Below are positions 28,630-46,170 of a DNA stretch of 64,000 nucleotides, one piece after another (within the stretch, counting starts at the first letter, position 1; each line of letters begins with the position of its first letter). Source of the DNA: the human T2T-CHM13v2.0 reference genome, Homo sapiens; NCBI RefSeq assembly GCF_009914755.1, contig NC_060934.1. The stretch is one strand, 5' to 3'. A model generated the notes under the pieces. The model ran no database searches, had not been told where the DNA came from, and saw only the letters and a program-made list of their open reading frames with translations. The translations under genes and the position numbers were made by a program.

Positions 28630-29400
28630 TATTAGCTTGGTCACCCCCCAGTGACCTCAGTATCCAGATTTTCATGCCCATCTGTACTCTCTGTATTGAC
28701 TGTAGATGGGGGCTATGAATGCTTTGACCAGTCAACTGTGGTTGGAGTGATGTGTTGGTAGTTTTATGTTTAGCCCTTAATTATACTGACAGTTGTTTTT
28801 CTTCCCTCTTTGGAGCTTACTAATGAGATGCTCCTTTTTGGAATCTAGCTATCATGTATAAAGGCATCCTCAGGGAGAGGCCTATATCCAGAGAGCTGAC
28901 ACTGCTAGAGAGTGACCTCAACTGAGCCCTCAGTTAGGACTCCACGTGAGCTCTCATTTGAGCCTTCAGTTGATTTCAGCCATCCCGAGCAACCCAAGCA
29001 TAGGGTTTATTCATAATTTGAGCAGAGCTCAGCTGGGATAGCTTATCTCTCCCCAACATGGCACCGGCTGGGCCAGCTTCACTGGGGATGGAGAATCTTC
29101 CACCCCCATTAACTAAGAGTTCAGCACAGGCTGTTGGCTAAGGACCTCAATTTTCCTCCATATGGGCCTATCCATATAGCTGCTGGCTTTTCTTATACCA
29201 TGGCAATTGTTTTAATAGGAGGCAGCTTCTAGTCCTTTTATAGACTAGACCTATAATTTCCACAGTGTCACCTGCACCTGTATTATATTGGCAAAATCAG
29301 TATAGGACCAGGTCAGACATAAACGTGTGGAAAAATGGATTGTCCTGCTTTTTCATGGAAGGAAGGAGTGATGAAGAATTTCTATCTTTGATCTGCCACA
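28630..29400. mobile_element. Two old MLT1 (G/H/I-like) LTR halves in opposite orientation
   Basis: + half ~28630-28990 (gctttgaccagtcaactgtgg, gggagaggcc); - half ~29005-29400 (ctcagctgggatagcttatctct...ctgccaca). Confidence 0.55.
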
Positions 29401-30284
29401 CATTTAAATATTTGCTTCAACTTACCGTTTTCCAGATAGCTATTAGGTCATTCCAACACTATCTATTAATACATTCTTTACCCCCATATTTTGAGATGCT
29501 GTTATTACTGCATGTTATATTCCCATATACTTTTGGGCTTTCTGTTAGCTTCTGTTGAATTACCCATCCAGACACTACTACTACATTGTTGTAAGTATTG
29601 AGACCTTCCAATGTATTTTCTCTCTAGTAGGCTGGCTGCTTCTCATTTTTTGCTTGTGTAATTTTGTTATGTATTATTTTGCTATAACTATTTTGCTAAA
29701 TAGATTTTATAAAGGGTTTGTGACTTTCTGGAGAAAATAGCTTGGTATATTTATTGTTAGAGTTAAAATTATAAATTAATTTGCAGCTATTACCTTTATG
29801 ATATTGAACCTTCTAATTCATATTCATATATTCCTATTACTATTCCTAATAAACTAATATTTCTATTATAAATGTTATTTATAAAATTATAAAATATTCC
29901 TATTCATATAAGACATATTTCTGTGTCTTACCGTCTGTTCTACTTTTGTGTCTTTAGGGAATTTAAAAATGTTTTCCTTAAGTAGGTTTTGTATATTCTC
30001 TTTCAAGTTTATATACACACATAGAAAAAGCCATGTATTGTATGATGTTTATATGAAATGTGAAGCAAAAGGGAAATATAAAGAGACTACCTAGAGATGG
30101 ATGTTGGAATGAAGAATTATTGCAAATGGACAGAAGTTTGGTTTTGGGGGTGATGGAAATGTTCTAAAATTAGATTGTGTAATGACAGTTATATTACTCT
30201 AAATATATTACAATTCATTTAATTGTACATTACAGTAAATTTTACTATATATATAGTATTGCAGTAAAAATGTTAAAAGAAAGT

Positions 30285-30790
30285 CATAGCTCTGGCTACA
30301 GTATGGAGAATGGATTATAGGGGAACAAGGGAAGAGGTAGGGAGAACAATTTGGAGCCCAGGGTATAAGAGAAAATAGTTGTTTGGACTACATAGGTGGT
30401 AATAGAGGTGGAGAGACAGAGGAAAATTTAGGATTTGTTTTTGAGGTCAAATATATTGTCACTGCTGATAGATTGGATGCAACGGGTGGGGAAAAAAAAA
30501 GACTAATTCTCACTCTACAATCTAGGGTTTTACCTTCAAAAACTAGGTACATGGTGGTACCTTAACCTAAACCATAAGAACTGGGAGAGACAAAAATGTG
30601 AGGGAAGTTAGACAGCTGTCAAGAGCATTACTTGAGGTAAAGTTTGCAATGCCTAAAAGAGATTCAAGAGGGGAAGGTTCACATAGCAGTTGGACATAAA
30701 GACATTTGGATATACAAGTCTGAGATTCCAGAGAGAGGTCTGGGATTCCAGAGAGAGTTCTGGGCTGAATCTATAAGTTTCCTAATTAAT
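30285..30790 (-). mobile_element. L2 fragment (preceded by an L1ME 3' end on + at ~30030-30280)
   Basis: ctctggctacagtatggagaatggattatagg, ctgctgatagattggatg. Confidence 0.6.
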
Positions 30791-30858
30791 ACCATAAAAT
30801 TTATATTCAAGATCCAAGTCTTGATTAATGTTAAATACTGTTTGTCAGGGGTTGTTTT

Positions 30859-31681
30859 TGAAATGGGAGAGTTCCCTGATTCCCCTTGCAGGACATATGA
30901 TTGGGGTGTGGCTTGCCTGTTTGGTTGCCCTGCAGCTCAAACTGCTTGAGGGAGGGGGAGCATGCAGACGGGCAGATGCAGAGGCCGGGTGAGCGCTTTG
31001 GGCTCCAGCTCCACTGTAGTGTCTAGGGGTGAGTGTCTGCAACCCCAGTTTTGCAAAGCTCTTTCAGCTTTGCCTTCCGCAGAAGGCTTGAGTGTTAATC
31101 AGTTTAATGGACCTTCTGCCTTATTGCAAGGGTAAAGAACCAGTGTGACAGATTTCTGTATCCTAAGCTCTTGCCAGGCATCTTGGAAGAATTGGATCAC
31201 ATGTGGGCTCAAAGGGTGAGTGCAAGGTTTTATTGAGTGGTAGAGGTGGCTCTCAGTGATACGGATGGGGAGCCGGAAGCAGGGATGGAGTGGGAAGGTG
31301 ATCTTCGTCTGGAGTTGGGCCACCTAGTGGCCGGACTCTTTCCTGACTTCCCCCAGCCAAATTCTTCTCAGTGTTCAGATGTCCCTCTTCTTCTCTCTTT
31401 CTCCCCTACATTGTTCCATTGTCTGTCTGCTTGCCTCCTCATCAATGTCCTCACTTGCTGGTCTGCTCTGGAGCTTGGGGTTCAGGGTTTACATGGGGGC
31501 AGGATGGGGGCATGGCTGGGGGTAGGATAGGGAGTGTGGCAGGCCAAAAGGCAGCTTTGGGGCACAAAAACAGAAATACCTGTTCTCATTTAGGGCCACA
31601 GGTATCCAGGCTTGAGGGTGGGGTCTTTGCCGGGGAACCGCCCTCTTCTACCCAGTATTTCCCTGTCTCCTGTCTGTATTA
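30859..31681 (-). mobile_element. MER50-family ERV1 solo LTR
   Basis: Minus strand starts (T)AATACAGACAGGAGACAGGGAAATACTGGGTAGAAGAGGGCGGTTCCCCGG and ends atcagggaactctcccatttca; 4-bp TSD TTTT. Confidence 0.8.
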
Positions 31682-32202
31682 TTTTCAGAGCAGAAGTCTC
31701 AGTGTCCTTGGGAATGTTACAACTCAGTGAGCAAGATAAATAGGTAACACAAAGTGTTAAATTCCAATACCAGGTGAAGGCAGATGGTTAGAATAGCCTT
31801 CACCAAATAGGTGCCATTTGAGCTATCAAGAATATGTAGCCCTTTGCTTGATAGATAAATTGGTTAGGATGTTATTAAAAGTCAGTATGGGCACAGAGAA
31901 GGTCCTTGGAAAATACTAGCAGTTATGACAGTACCATTGCTTTCAAAATACTGAATAATCAAATGCCAGGTATGTAATTAAGAAAAGAGTTGAAAGACAA
32001 AGCTGAAAAGATACTTCTGTGTCCGATTGTAGGAGAACCTGTGACAGACAGGAAAGAAATGGGTAATCTAAACTTCTGTAAACCACTTAAAGCAGAAAAT
32101 TCTTTGGGAAGTAGTTATCTCAATTATTTCTTGCAAAATCATGATTCTGTTTGTCTTACTTACGATAAAAAGCAAACTAGCAAACTACAGCTGCAGTTTT
32201 AT

Positions 32203-32427
32203 ATGTATAACTACAGCCATTATATATAATTGTATATATAATACATATATATGTGTATCTATATACACAAATATAACTACAGCAATATATATAACTACAG
32301 TTATATATACATAACTACATATGTACATGTATATATCTATAACTATGCAGATATATATATCTACATATGTACAAGTAGTTTTGTATATATAAAACTACAT
32401 ATATATAAATGTATATATATACACACA
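32203..32427. repeat. Degenerate (TA)-rich repeat with recurring TATAACTACAG motif
   Basis: Read directly. Confidence 0.85.
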
Positions 32428-35400
32428 TGAAGCATGAATGAAACTCTTTGAGAAAAAAGCCTATAGTTGCCAATGCTATTCCACTAAAACTAATTCCTTC
32501 AAATTTACTTCACTTGTTTTTAGGAACTTATATCAAAAGACAGTAACTAGTATATCATTATCAAAAATATTTAATATCAAATCTACCATGTATCTTAATC
32601 TTTTATGTTTTCTGCAACTTGTACTGAATATTTGGCTGAAATTCCTTGCTAAATGTGTTACCATCTACTTCAATCTCAATCACATTTAAATCCTATGTTA
32701 CTTGGGCACCAGATGCTCCTTAGTTGATTTCTGCATGCTGATTTCAGGAGCCCTAGAAATTCTCTGGCCATTGCTGATACCAAAGCCAGTTAAGGTTTGC
32801 TCAGCCCTGTTATTGACTACCAATTTCCTACACATAGGGTGCTGGCACAAGACTTTCCATCTGTCTGCCTTTTTAATTTTAAACATAGCCTATTTTCTTT
32901 GTAAAATATTAGAAACATCTCTTAAACAAAATTGCTAATAGACAAATGTAAATCATTTGGAAATGGCTATAACTTGTGGAAATTGGTTGAGATAATATTT
33001 CAAAACAGGTTATTGCATTTTAGGTCTGACTCTTAATGTGAATAATATGATGTAACTAAACTTATAGATATTTTAAAATAGAATCTTAGTAAACATTGTT
33101 GCTTTTTCCTTGCACCTTTTAAACTCATTGTTATAGTGGAAAGTGCTTAAACACTGTTTATCCCAAGAATTTATAAAATATATTATTTTAAAATATCAGA
33201 TTTTAAAAATGATTTAAGTAGAGCATGTGATATATATTCATCTTTTACCACTTAATGTTGAGTTTTAGAAAATATGTGTTGTTAATGGACCATCGACTTT
33301 CAAGTCATTTTGTTTACTAAGCTTGAACTGAGATTTGAGCAATTATGTGTGTAGTAAAACCTTTAAAACAGAATGCATTGCATTAAAGAATGTTCATGTT
33401 CATTTGCAATGAAGCAGAGAATAGTGTCAGAACTCTGCCCTAACTAGGATTAAGTTGAGAAGTAAACTCTGTATACTTTCTTGCATTTATTATCTGAATG
33501 TCTGAAATTTTAGTGTTGTTGACATCTGGAGTGTTTTTCAACATGTTTTATAATGTGTTTTACTTTCATTTCATTGTTCATCACGTAGTCATTTGCCGTT
33601 CCTGTTAGTGTTTTCCAAGTGTTAGAAACCTTTTTCTTTCTGCATGCTAATGTCACCTACTTGCCACAATTGCATTTTTGCAAATATTCTTTTTTATTTT
33701 TTATTTATTTTTCATTGCATGTGTTTAAGGTGTGCAAGATAATGTTTTGATATACATATACATAGTGAAATGATTATTATAAGTAAGCTCTTACCTTTTT
33801 TTGTGGTAAGAGCACCTGAAATCTACTCTCTTAGCAAATTTTCAATATACAATACAGTATTTTTAGCTATATCCTTCTGCTATACATCAGATCTCTATAA
33901 TTAGTCATCCTACCTAACTTCAAGTTTGTACTTTGATGAATATCTCTCCTTTTGCTCTGCCTCTCTCCCCTTGAAAACCACTGTTATTCTCCCTATTTGT
34001 ATGTATTTGAACTTGTTTTAGGTATCACATATAGATGAGATCATGCAGTACTTTTCTTTGTGTCTGGTTCATTTCACACAGCATAATATCCTCCTGGCTC
34101 ATCTATGTTGCCACAAATGCCAGTATCTCTTTTTTTAAGAGTAAATATATTCCATGGTATATACACCACAATTTCTTTATCCATTCATGCATTGATGGAC
34201 ACCTGAGTTGTTTCCATATCCTGGCTATTGTGGATAATGCTGCAGTGAACATGGATCACAGCTAGCTCTGTGATGTGCTGATTTCGTTTCCTTTGGATGT
34301 ACGTATACAAAGCAGAGAGATTTCTGAGCCATAGGATAATTCTTTTTTTCATTTTTTGAGGAATCTCAATACTGTTTTCAATAATAGCCATGCCAATTTA
34401 TGTTTCAATTAATAGTGTACAGGGTTCACTTTTCTCCAAATCTTTGCCAACATTTTTTATCTCTTTTTTGTAATAGCCATCATAACATGTGTCAGGTGAT
34501 ATCTCATTATGGTTTTGATTTGCATTTCCCTGATGATTAGTGTTGTTGAGCACTTTTCCATATATCCGTTAGCCATTTGTATGTCTTATTTGGAGAAATG
34601 TCTATTTACATTCTTTCCCCTTTTTAAAATTAGGTTATTTGCTATTTTACTATTGAGCTGTATGAATCTCTTACATGTTTTGGATATGAACCCCTTACAC
34701 GTACATGGTTTGCAAACGTTTTCTCCCAATCCATTAACTGCCCTTTTCTTTTGTTGATTGTTTATTTTGCTATGCGGAAGTAACTTAGTATGATATAGTC
34801 TCATTTCTTAATTTTGGTTTTGTTGCCTGAGCTTTTGCTGTGATACCCAAAAAAATTATTTCCCAGGTTTATATCAGAGAGCTTTTCCTTATATTTTCAT
34901 CTAAGAGTTTTTCAGTTTGAGGTCTTGTGTTTAGGTCTTTAATTCATTTTAAGTTGATCTTTGTGAATGGTGTAAGATAATGGGCATTTTCATTTCTTTT
35001 CATGTTGACATTCAGTTTTCCCACCACCATTTATGGAAGAGACTATCCATTCCCTATTGTGTCCTCTTGGTGGCCTTGTGGAAAATAACTTACTATATGT
35101 GCTTGAGTTTATTTCTGAAGCTCTCTTTTCGGTTCTATTGGTCTATGTGTTTTAATGCCAGTATCATAATATTTAATTACTCTGGTTTTGTAATATAATT
35201 TGAAATCAGAAAGTGATATGTTTCCAACTTTGTTTTTCTTTCTCAAGATTGTTGTGGCTATTTAGAGTCTTGTGGTTCTATTCAAACTTTAATATTGTTT
35301 TTTCTATTTCTATGAAAAATATCTTTGGAATTTTAATAGGGATTATGTTGAATCTGCAGAGCTCTTTGGGTAGTATGGATAGTTTGACAGTATTAATTCT

Positions 35401-35664
35401 TCAATCCATTAACACAGAACTTTCCATTTATTTGTGCCTTCTTCAGTTTCTTTAATCAATATTTTATAGTTTTTATTGCTCAGATATTTTACTTTCTTGG
35501 TTAAATTTATTCCTCAGTAGTTTATTCTTTTTGATGACAATATAAATGGAATGTTTTCTTAATTGTGTATCTAATAGATCATTGTTGATACAAAGAAATG
35601 CAACTGATCTTACCATGTTGATTTTGTACCCTACTACTTTACTGAATTTATTTGTTCTAACAGG

Positions 35665-35665
<1 letters not shown>

Positions 35666-35701
<36 letters not shown>
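35666..35701. repeat. (TG)18 microsatellite
   Basis: Read directly. Confidence 0.95.
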
Positions 35702-35704
<3 letters not shown>

Positions 35705-38700
35705 TCTTATAGGGTATTTTACATGTATAATCATTCAGTCTATAAGCAGTTATAATTTTATTCTTCCTTTTCAATTTTGATACCTTTAATTTCTTTTTCT
35801 TGTCTGATTGCTCCTGCTAGTACTATCAGTACTATGTTTAACAGAAGCAGAGAGAGTAGAAATCCTTACATTGTACCATATATTAGAGGCAAAGCTTTCA
35901 GTTTTTTCCCATTGATTATGATATTGGTTTTGGGCTTTTCATAAATGACCTTTATTATGTTCAAGAAATTTCCTTCTGTACCTGTTTCTTTAATATTAAA
36001 AAAAATCATGAACAGATACTGAACTTTGTCAAATGCTTTTACTGTATCTTTGACTTGATCCTGTGGTTTTTATCTTTCATCCTTTTAATGTGTTGTGTCA
36101 CATATATTGATTTGTGTATGTTAAAGCAAACTTGCTTCCCAAGAATAAATTCCACTTAGTCATGGTGAATAATCTTTTTGATGTGTTGTTGTATTTAGTT
36201 TGCGAGTTTTTTGTTGAAGATGTTTGCATGTATGTTTAGCAGCAATATTGGCCCGTAGTTTTCTTTTCTCGTGATGTCTCTGTCAGCTTTGATGTCAGGG
36301 TGATACTAGCTTCATAAGATGAGTTTGGAAGTATTCCCTCTATTTTCATTTTTTGGAGGTGTTTAAGAATTACGGATATTAATTCTTCTTTTAATAATTT
36401 GCAGAATTCTGCTGTAAATTCATCTGATCCTAGGCTTTTGTTGCTGTTAGGAGGATTTTGATTACTACTTCAATCACTTTTTCTGTCATTGGTCTTTTCA
36501 GGCTATTTCTTCTCTGTTCAGTCTTTATATGTTGCATGTTTCCAGGAATTTATTTCCTCTAGATTATCCAATTTCTTGGCATGTAATTGTTCATAATATT
36601 CCTTATGATCCTTTTTTATTTCTGAGGTATCCCTTATAATGTTTCCTCTTTCATATCTAATTTTAATGTCATCTTCTCTCTTTCTTCTTCTAGCTAAGGG
36701 ATTATTGGTTTTGTTTATATTTTCAAAAAAATTTTAGTTTTGTTAATATTTCCTATAGTTTTTCTCTTTTCTGTTTGATTCCTATGCTGGTCTTTATTAG
36801 TTTCTTCATTCTGCTAATTTTTGATTCAGTTTGTTCTTTTTCTAGTTTCTTGAGGTGAGGTATGTTGTTTGAGATCTTTCTTCTGTTTTAATGTAGACAT
36901 TTTTCACTTTAAGCTTTCTTGTTAGATTGCTTTTGCTGCATCCTATAAGTTTTCTTATGTTGTATTTCCATTTTCATTTGTCTCAAGATAGTTTTTGATT
37001 TTTTTCTTGATCTCATTTCCAAAGCATTTGGTTTCATTTTCACATATTTGTGAACTTTCCCATTTTTCTACTCTTATTGATTTCTATTTTCATACCATTG
37101 TCAGAAAAGATTCTTGATATGATTTTGATCTTCTTAAATTTGTGAAGAATTGTTTTGTGGTCTAACGTGATCTATCCTAGAGACTATTACATGTGCACTT
37201 AAGAGGAATGTGTGTTCTATTACTGTTGAATAGAATGTTCTATATATGTTGATTAGGTCTAAGGTACAGCTTAAATTTAATGTTCCTTTATTGAATTTTC
37301 ATCTGGATGATCTATCCATTATTGAAAGTGTAGTATCAAAGTTCTCTATCATTATTGCTGTCTATTTCTCTCTTTAGTTGTTAATGTTTGCTTTATATGT
37401 TTATATTCTCTGATCTAAGATGCATATATATGTATAATTATTATGTCTTCTTGATAGAATAATCTCTTTCTCATTATGTTGACCTTCTAAAATTATATTG
37501 ACTTTCTGTGATTATCATTGACCTTCTTTGTCACTTGTTACAGTTTGTGACTTAGAACCTATTGTCAGATATTAGCTTAGCTTCCCTGCTTTCTTTTGGT
37601 TTCCATTTGCATGAAATGTCTTTTTCCATCCCTTCACTTTCAGCCAATGTGTGTTCTTGAATCAAAAGTGAGTATCTTATAGATGAATATAGTTGAATCT
37701 TGGATTTTTAAAATTCATTTAGCCAGCCTATATCTTTTTATTGGGTAGCTTAAACCATTTATATTTAAAGTGATAATTAACAAGGAATGAGTTACTATTG
37801 CCATTTTGTTAACTGTTTTCTTTTTGTGTTGTGGTTCTTTTGTTCCTCTTTTTCTTGCTTCCTGCCTCTTTTTTATTGTTTGTATTGCTAGATTTTAATT
37901 GCTGTTCCTTTTTCTTTTGTGTAACTTGTATAGGTATTTTCTTTGTGGTTATTAAGGGGCTTAAATATCTAATAGTTATAACAGTCTCTGCTTAGCTGAT
38001 AACAGCTTAACTTCACTTGCATGCCAGAATTCACTGCTTTTACCTTTCCTCTCCTCACGTTATACACTGCTGATGTCACAATTTACAACTTCTTATATTG
38101 CAGAACCATTCACACAATTTAGTTATAGTTGTATTTGAAACTTTTCTCTTTTACCTTTTATAGCAAATTACCATGTATCTATCTACCACTCTTACAGTAA
38201 TACAATATTCTTTCTGTTCCTATATGTTTACCTTTGCTAATGAGTTTCATACTTGGTGTTCATTCATGTTGCTGTTTGGCATCCTGCTGTTTCAACTTCA
38301 GTGACTTCCTACAGCATTTCTCATAAGAAATGTCTAGTGGTGATAAACTTCCTCAGCTTTTGTATGTCTGTAGAAGTCTTTATCTTCCCTTTGTTTTTGA
38401 AAGGCTGGTTTGCTGGGTATAGATGGCAATTTGTTTCTTTTAGCATTTTGAATATATTTTTCTGCCCCCTTCTGGCCTGTAATGTTTCTACTGAAAAATC
38501 AACTGATAGTCTGATGGCATTTCCTGAGTAACAAGCCTTTTTTTCTCACTGCTTTCAAAATTCTCTCGGTCTTTAACTTTTGTCAAATCAATTACAATGT
38601 GTTTCAGTGTGGAACTCTTTGGATTCATATTATTTGATGTACCTGAGGTTTGCTGAATCTGGATTTCTGTTTTCTTTCCCAGGTTTGGAAAGTGTTCAGC

Positions 38701-40009
38701 CATTATTTCTTTAAATACTCTTTTTGTCCCTTTTTCTTTTTTTTTCTCTTTCTCATCCTCCTATAATGTATGTAATTGTTACCCATAAGTCCCATAAAGC
38801 TGTCTTCAGTCTTTTTCATTATTTTTTCTACTTAGATTAATTTCTAATGACCTGTCTTCAGTTTTGCTGATCAATAGAGTCCTCTATTGATTTTTTCAAT
38901 TCAGTCATTGTAATCTTCAACTCTATGATTTCTGTTTGATGCATTTTAATATTTTCTAACATTTTGTTGAAATTCTCAGCTTGTCATGCATTGTTTCCCT
39001 GACCTTGGTGTGAACACCCATATGACTGTTTCTTTGAATTTTCTCTTGGGTAAATCACACAGCTTTATTTCACTAAGGCTGGTTTCTGGAGATTTATCTT
39101 GGTTTTTTATTCGGAGCATATTTCTTTGTTTCCTGACTTTTATTGACACTCTGTGTTGGTTTCTGCACAGTCTGTAAGACAACTGTCTCTCCCTGTGTTA
39201 TCAGACTAGTGTCTTTTAAGAAATGTACCTCACTAATCAATTCAGCAAGAGATTCTAGGTGCCCCAACTTTTATGCTTATCTTAATCTCTTTTTTTTTAG
39301 TGATCCCCAATTAGTATGTGCCAAGTTTTGTCAGTGCCCCAAGACAGACAAGATAGAAGCCAGTCCCTTGAGATGCATCTGGAAAATTTGGCATGTTAGA
39401 TATGTATTGTCAGGGAGAAGCTGAGGATGGGAGTTTACCTCTTACTCAATCTGCACTAAGCCAGGAAGAGGATCTGTGGGAAATTCCTGCACTCTCATTT
39501 GAACTACACACTCTGATCTAGAGGCATAGTTATTGGAAGTGCACCCATTCAAAAATCACATGCATTAAAACTCATAGAAATGTAAAAATTAAATATTAAA
39601 AGTCTAGTTTGATATATGTAAATTAAAATATATATGTGCATATGTATAATAATTTCAAACTATGGTAAAAAGATATAGCTAAAGTAGTGGATAATAATCA
39701 GATATAAGTCAGGAGAGAGATTGATCCAAGGTAAACAGGTCTTCCATTCTTACAAAGTTCGGAAGATATGTAAAGAAACCATCGACACTAAACTTTTTTT
39801 TTTTATTATACTTTAAGTTTTAGGGTACATGTGCACAATGTGCAGGTTAGTTACATATGTATACATGTGCCATGCTGGTGCACTGCACCCACTAACTCGT
39901 CATCTAGCATTAGGTATATCTCCCATTGCTATCCCTCCCCCCTCCCCCCACCCCACAACAGGCCCCAGAGTGTGATGTTCCCCTTCCTGTGTCCATGTGA
40001 TCTCATTGT

Positions 40010-43833
<3,824 letters not shown>

Positions 43834-43896
43834 TATGATATTAGCTGGTTATTTTGCTGGTTAGTTGATGCAGTTTCTTCCTAGTCTCGATGGTCT

Positions 43897-44884
43897 TTAC
43901 ATTTTGGCATGATTTTGCAGCGGCTGGTACCGGTTGTTCCTTTCCATGTTTAGTGCTTCCTTCAGGAGCTCTTTTAGGGCAGGCCTGGTGGTGACAAAAT
44001 CTCTCAGCATTTGCTTGTCTGTAAAGTATTTTATTTCTCCTTCACTTATGAAGCTTAGTTTGGCTGGATATGAAATTCTGGGTTGAAAATTCTTTTCTTT
44101 AAGAATGTTGAATATTGGCCCCCACTATCTTCTGGCTTGTAGAGTTTCTGCCAAGAGATCCGCTGTTAGTCTGATGGGCTTCCCTTTGAGGGTAACCCGA
44201 CCTTTCTCTCTGGCTGCCCTTAACATTTTTTCCTTCATTTCAACTTTGGTGAATCTGACAATTATGTGTCTTGGAGTTGCTCTTCTCGAGGAGTATCTTT
44301 GTGGCATTCTCTGTATTTCCTGAATCTGAATGTTGGCCTGCCTTATCCTGCAGAGTGTTTTCCAACTTGGTTCCATTCTCCCTGTCACTTTCAGGTACAC
44401 CAATCAGACGTGGATTTGGTCTTTTCACATAATCCCATATTTCTTGGAGGCTTTGTTCGTTTATTTTTATTCTTTTTTCTCTAAACTTCCTTTCTCACTT
44501 CATTTCATTCATTTCATCTTCCATCACTGATACCCTTTCTTCCAGTTGATCGCATCGGCTCCTGAGGCTTCTGCATTCTTCATGTAGTTCTCGAGCCTTG
44601 GTTTTCAGCTCCATCAGCTCCTTTAAGCACTTCTCTGTATTGGTTATTCTAGTTATACATTCTTCTAAATTTTTTTCAGAGTTTTCAACTTCTTTGCCTT
44701 TGGTTTGAATGTCCTCCCATAGCTCAGAGTAATTTGATCGTCTGAAGCCTTCTTCTCTCAGCTCGTCAAAGTCATTCTCCGTCCAGCTTTGTTCCGTTGC
44801 TGGTGAGGAACTGCATTCCTTTGGAGGAGGAGAGGCGCTCTGCTTTTTAGAGTTTCCAGTTTTTCTGCTCTGTTTTTTCCCCAT
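43897..44884 (-). pseudogene. L1 ORF1p, disrupted
   Basis: MGKKQSRKTGNSKKQSAS...; premature TGA at ~44495; 29-bp deletion near 44345 (span 988 bp versus 1017 bp canonical). Confidence 0.95.
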
Positions 44885-45199
44885 CTTTGTGGTTTTATCT
44901 ACTTTTGGTCTATGATGATGGTGATGTACAGATGGGTTTTTGGTGTGGATGTCCTTTCTGTTTGTTAGTTTTCCTTCTAACAGACAGGACCCTCAGCTGC
45001 AGCTCTGTTGGAGTACCCGGCCGTGTGAGGTGTCAGTCTGCCCCTACTGCGGGGTGCCTCCCAGTTAGGCTGCTCGGGGGTCAGGGGTCAGGGACTCACT
45101 TGAGGAGGCAGTCTGCCCGTTCTCAGATCTCCAGCTGCGTACTGGTAGAACCACTGCTCTCTTCAAAGCTGTCAGACAGGGACATTTAAGTCTGCAGAG

Positions 45200-45700
45200 G
45201 TTACTGCTGTCTTTTTGTTTGTCTGTGCCCTGCCCCCAGAGGTGGAGCCTACAGAGACAGGCAGCCCTCCTTGAGCTGTGGTGGGCTCCACCCAGTTCAG
45301 TTGGAGCTCCCTGGCTGCTTTGTTTACCTGACCAAGCCTGTGCAATGGCGGGCGCCCCTCCCCCAGCCTCGCTGACGCCTTGCAGTTTGATCTCAGACTG
45401 CTGTGCTAGCAATCATTGAGACTCCGTGGGCATAGGACCCTCCGAGCCAGGTGCGGGATATAATCTCATGGTGTGCCGTTTTTTTAGCCCGTCGGAAAAG
45501 CGCAGTATTCAGGTGGAAATGACCCGATTTTCCAGGTGCCGTCTGTCACCCCTTTCTTTGACTAGGAAAGGGTACTCCCTGACCCCTTGCGCTTCCCGAG
45601 TGAGGCAATGCCTCGCCCTGCTTCGACTCGTGCATGGTGCGTGCACCCACTGACCTGCACCCACTGTCTGGCACTCCCTAGTGAGATGAACCCGGTACCT
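45200..45700 (+). promoter_or_regulatory. L1 antisense promoter region with truncated ORF0 (ATG 45345, stop 45417-45419)
   Basis: MAGAPPPASLTPCSLISDCCASNH* matches the ORF0 N-terminus; GT donors retained at ccag|gtgcgg (45451), ccag|gtgccg (45536) and cccg|gtacct (45695). Activity is not demonstrable from sequence. Confidence 0.7.
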
Positions 45701-46170
45701 CAGATGGAAATGCAGAAATCACCCGTCTTCTGCCTCACTCTCACTGGGAGCTGTAGACCTGGAGCTGTTCCTATTCGGCCATCTTGGCTTCTCCTCCCAA
45801 CAAGTTCTTTTGACACTAAACTTTTAAAGTTGATGTAAAAATATCCATTTTAACCATTAAAATAACAAACAAAGTTTATCTTCCAAACAAGTAGAGAAAA
45901 CAAATAGAACAGAAGTAGTAATGGAGAAAGGAGAGGAGTTTATTAATTCAAATTAAATGAAAAAAAGTAGAAAGAAATAAGAAATGAAAGTCAAATTCAA
46001 GTATAATAGTAAACATGATAAATGCAAATGGTTCAAATTCACTAGGTTACACAGGGATTATCAGACTGGATAATAAATGGAAGTTTTCCTCTCTTTTTTA
46101 CTAAAACACCCCTAAAACATGAAGAGACAGTACTGTTGAAAATGAAAGGATGGAAAATGTTAAACCTGAT

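Noticed and set aside
32203-32427. TATAACTACAG motifs with variable spacers as a repeat-spacer array
   Set aside because: The spacers are just (TA)n/(CA)n slippage products of a decayed microsatellite.
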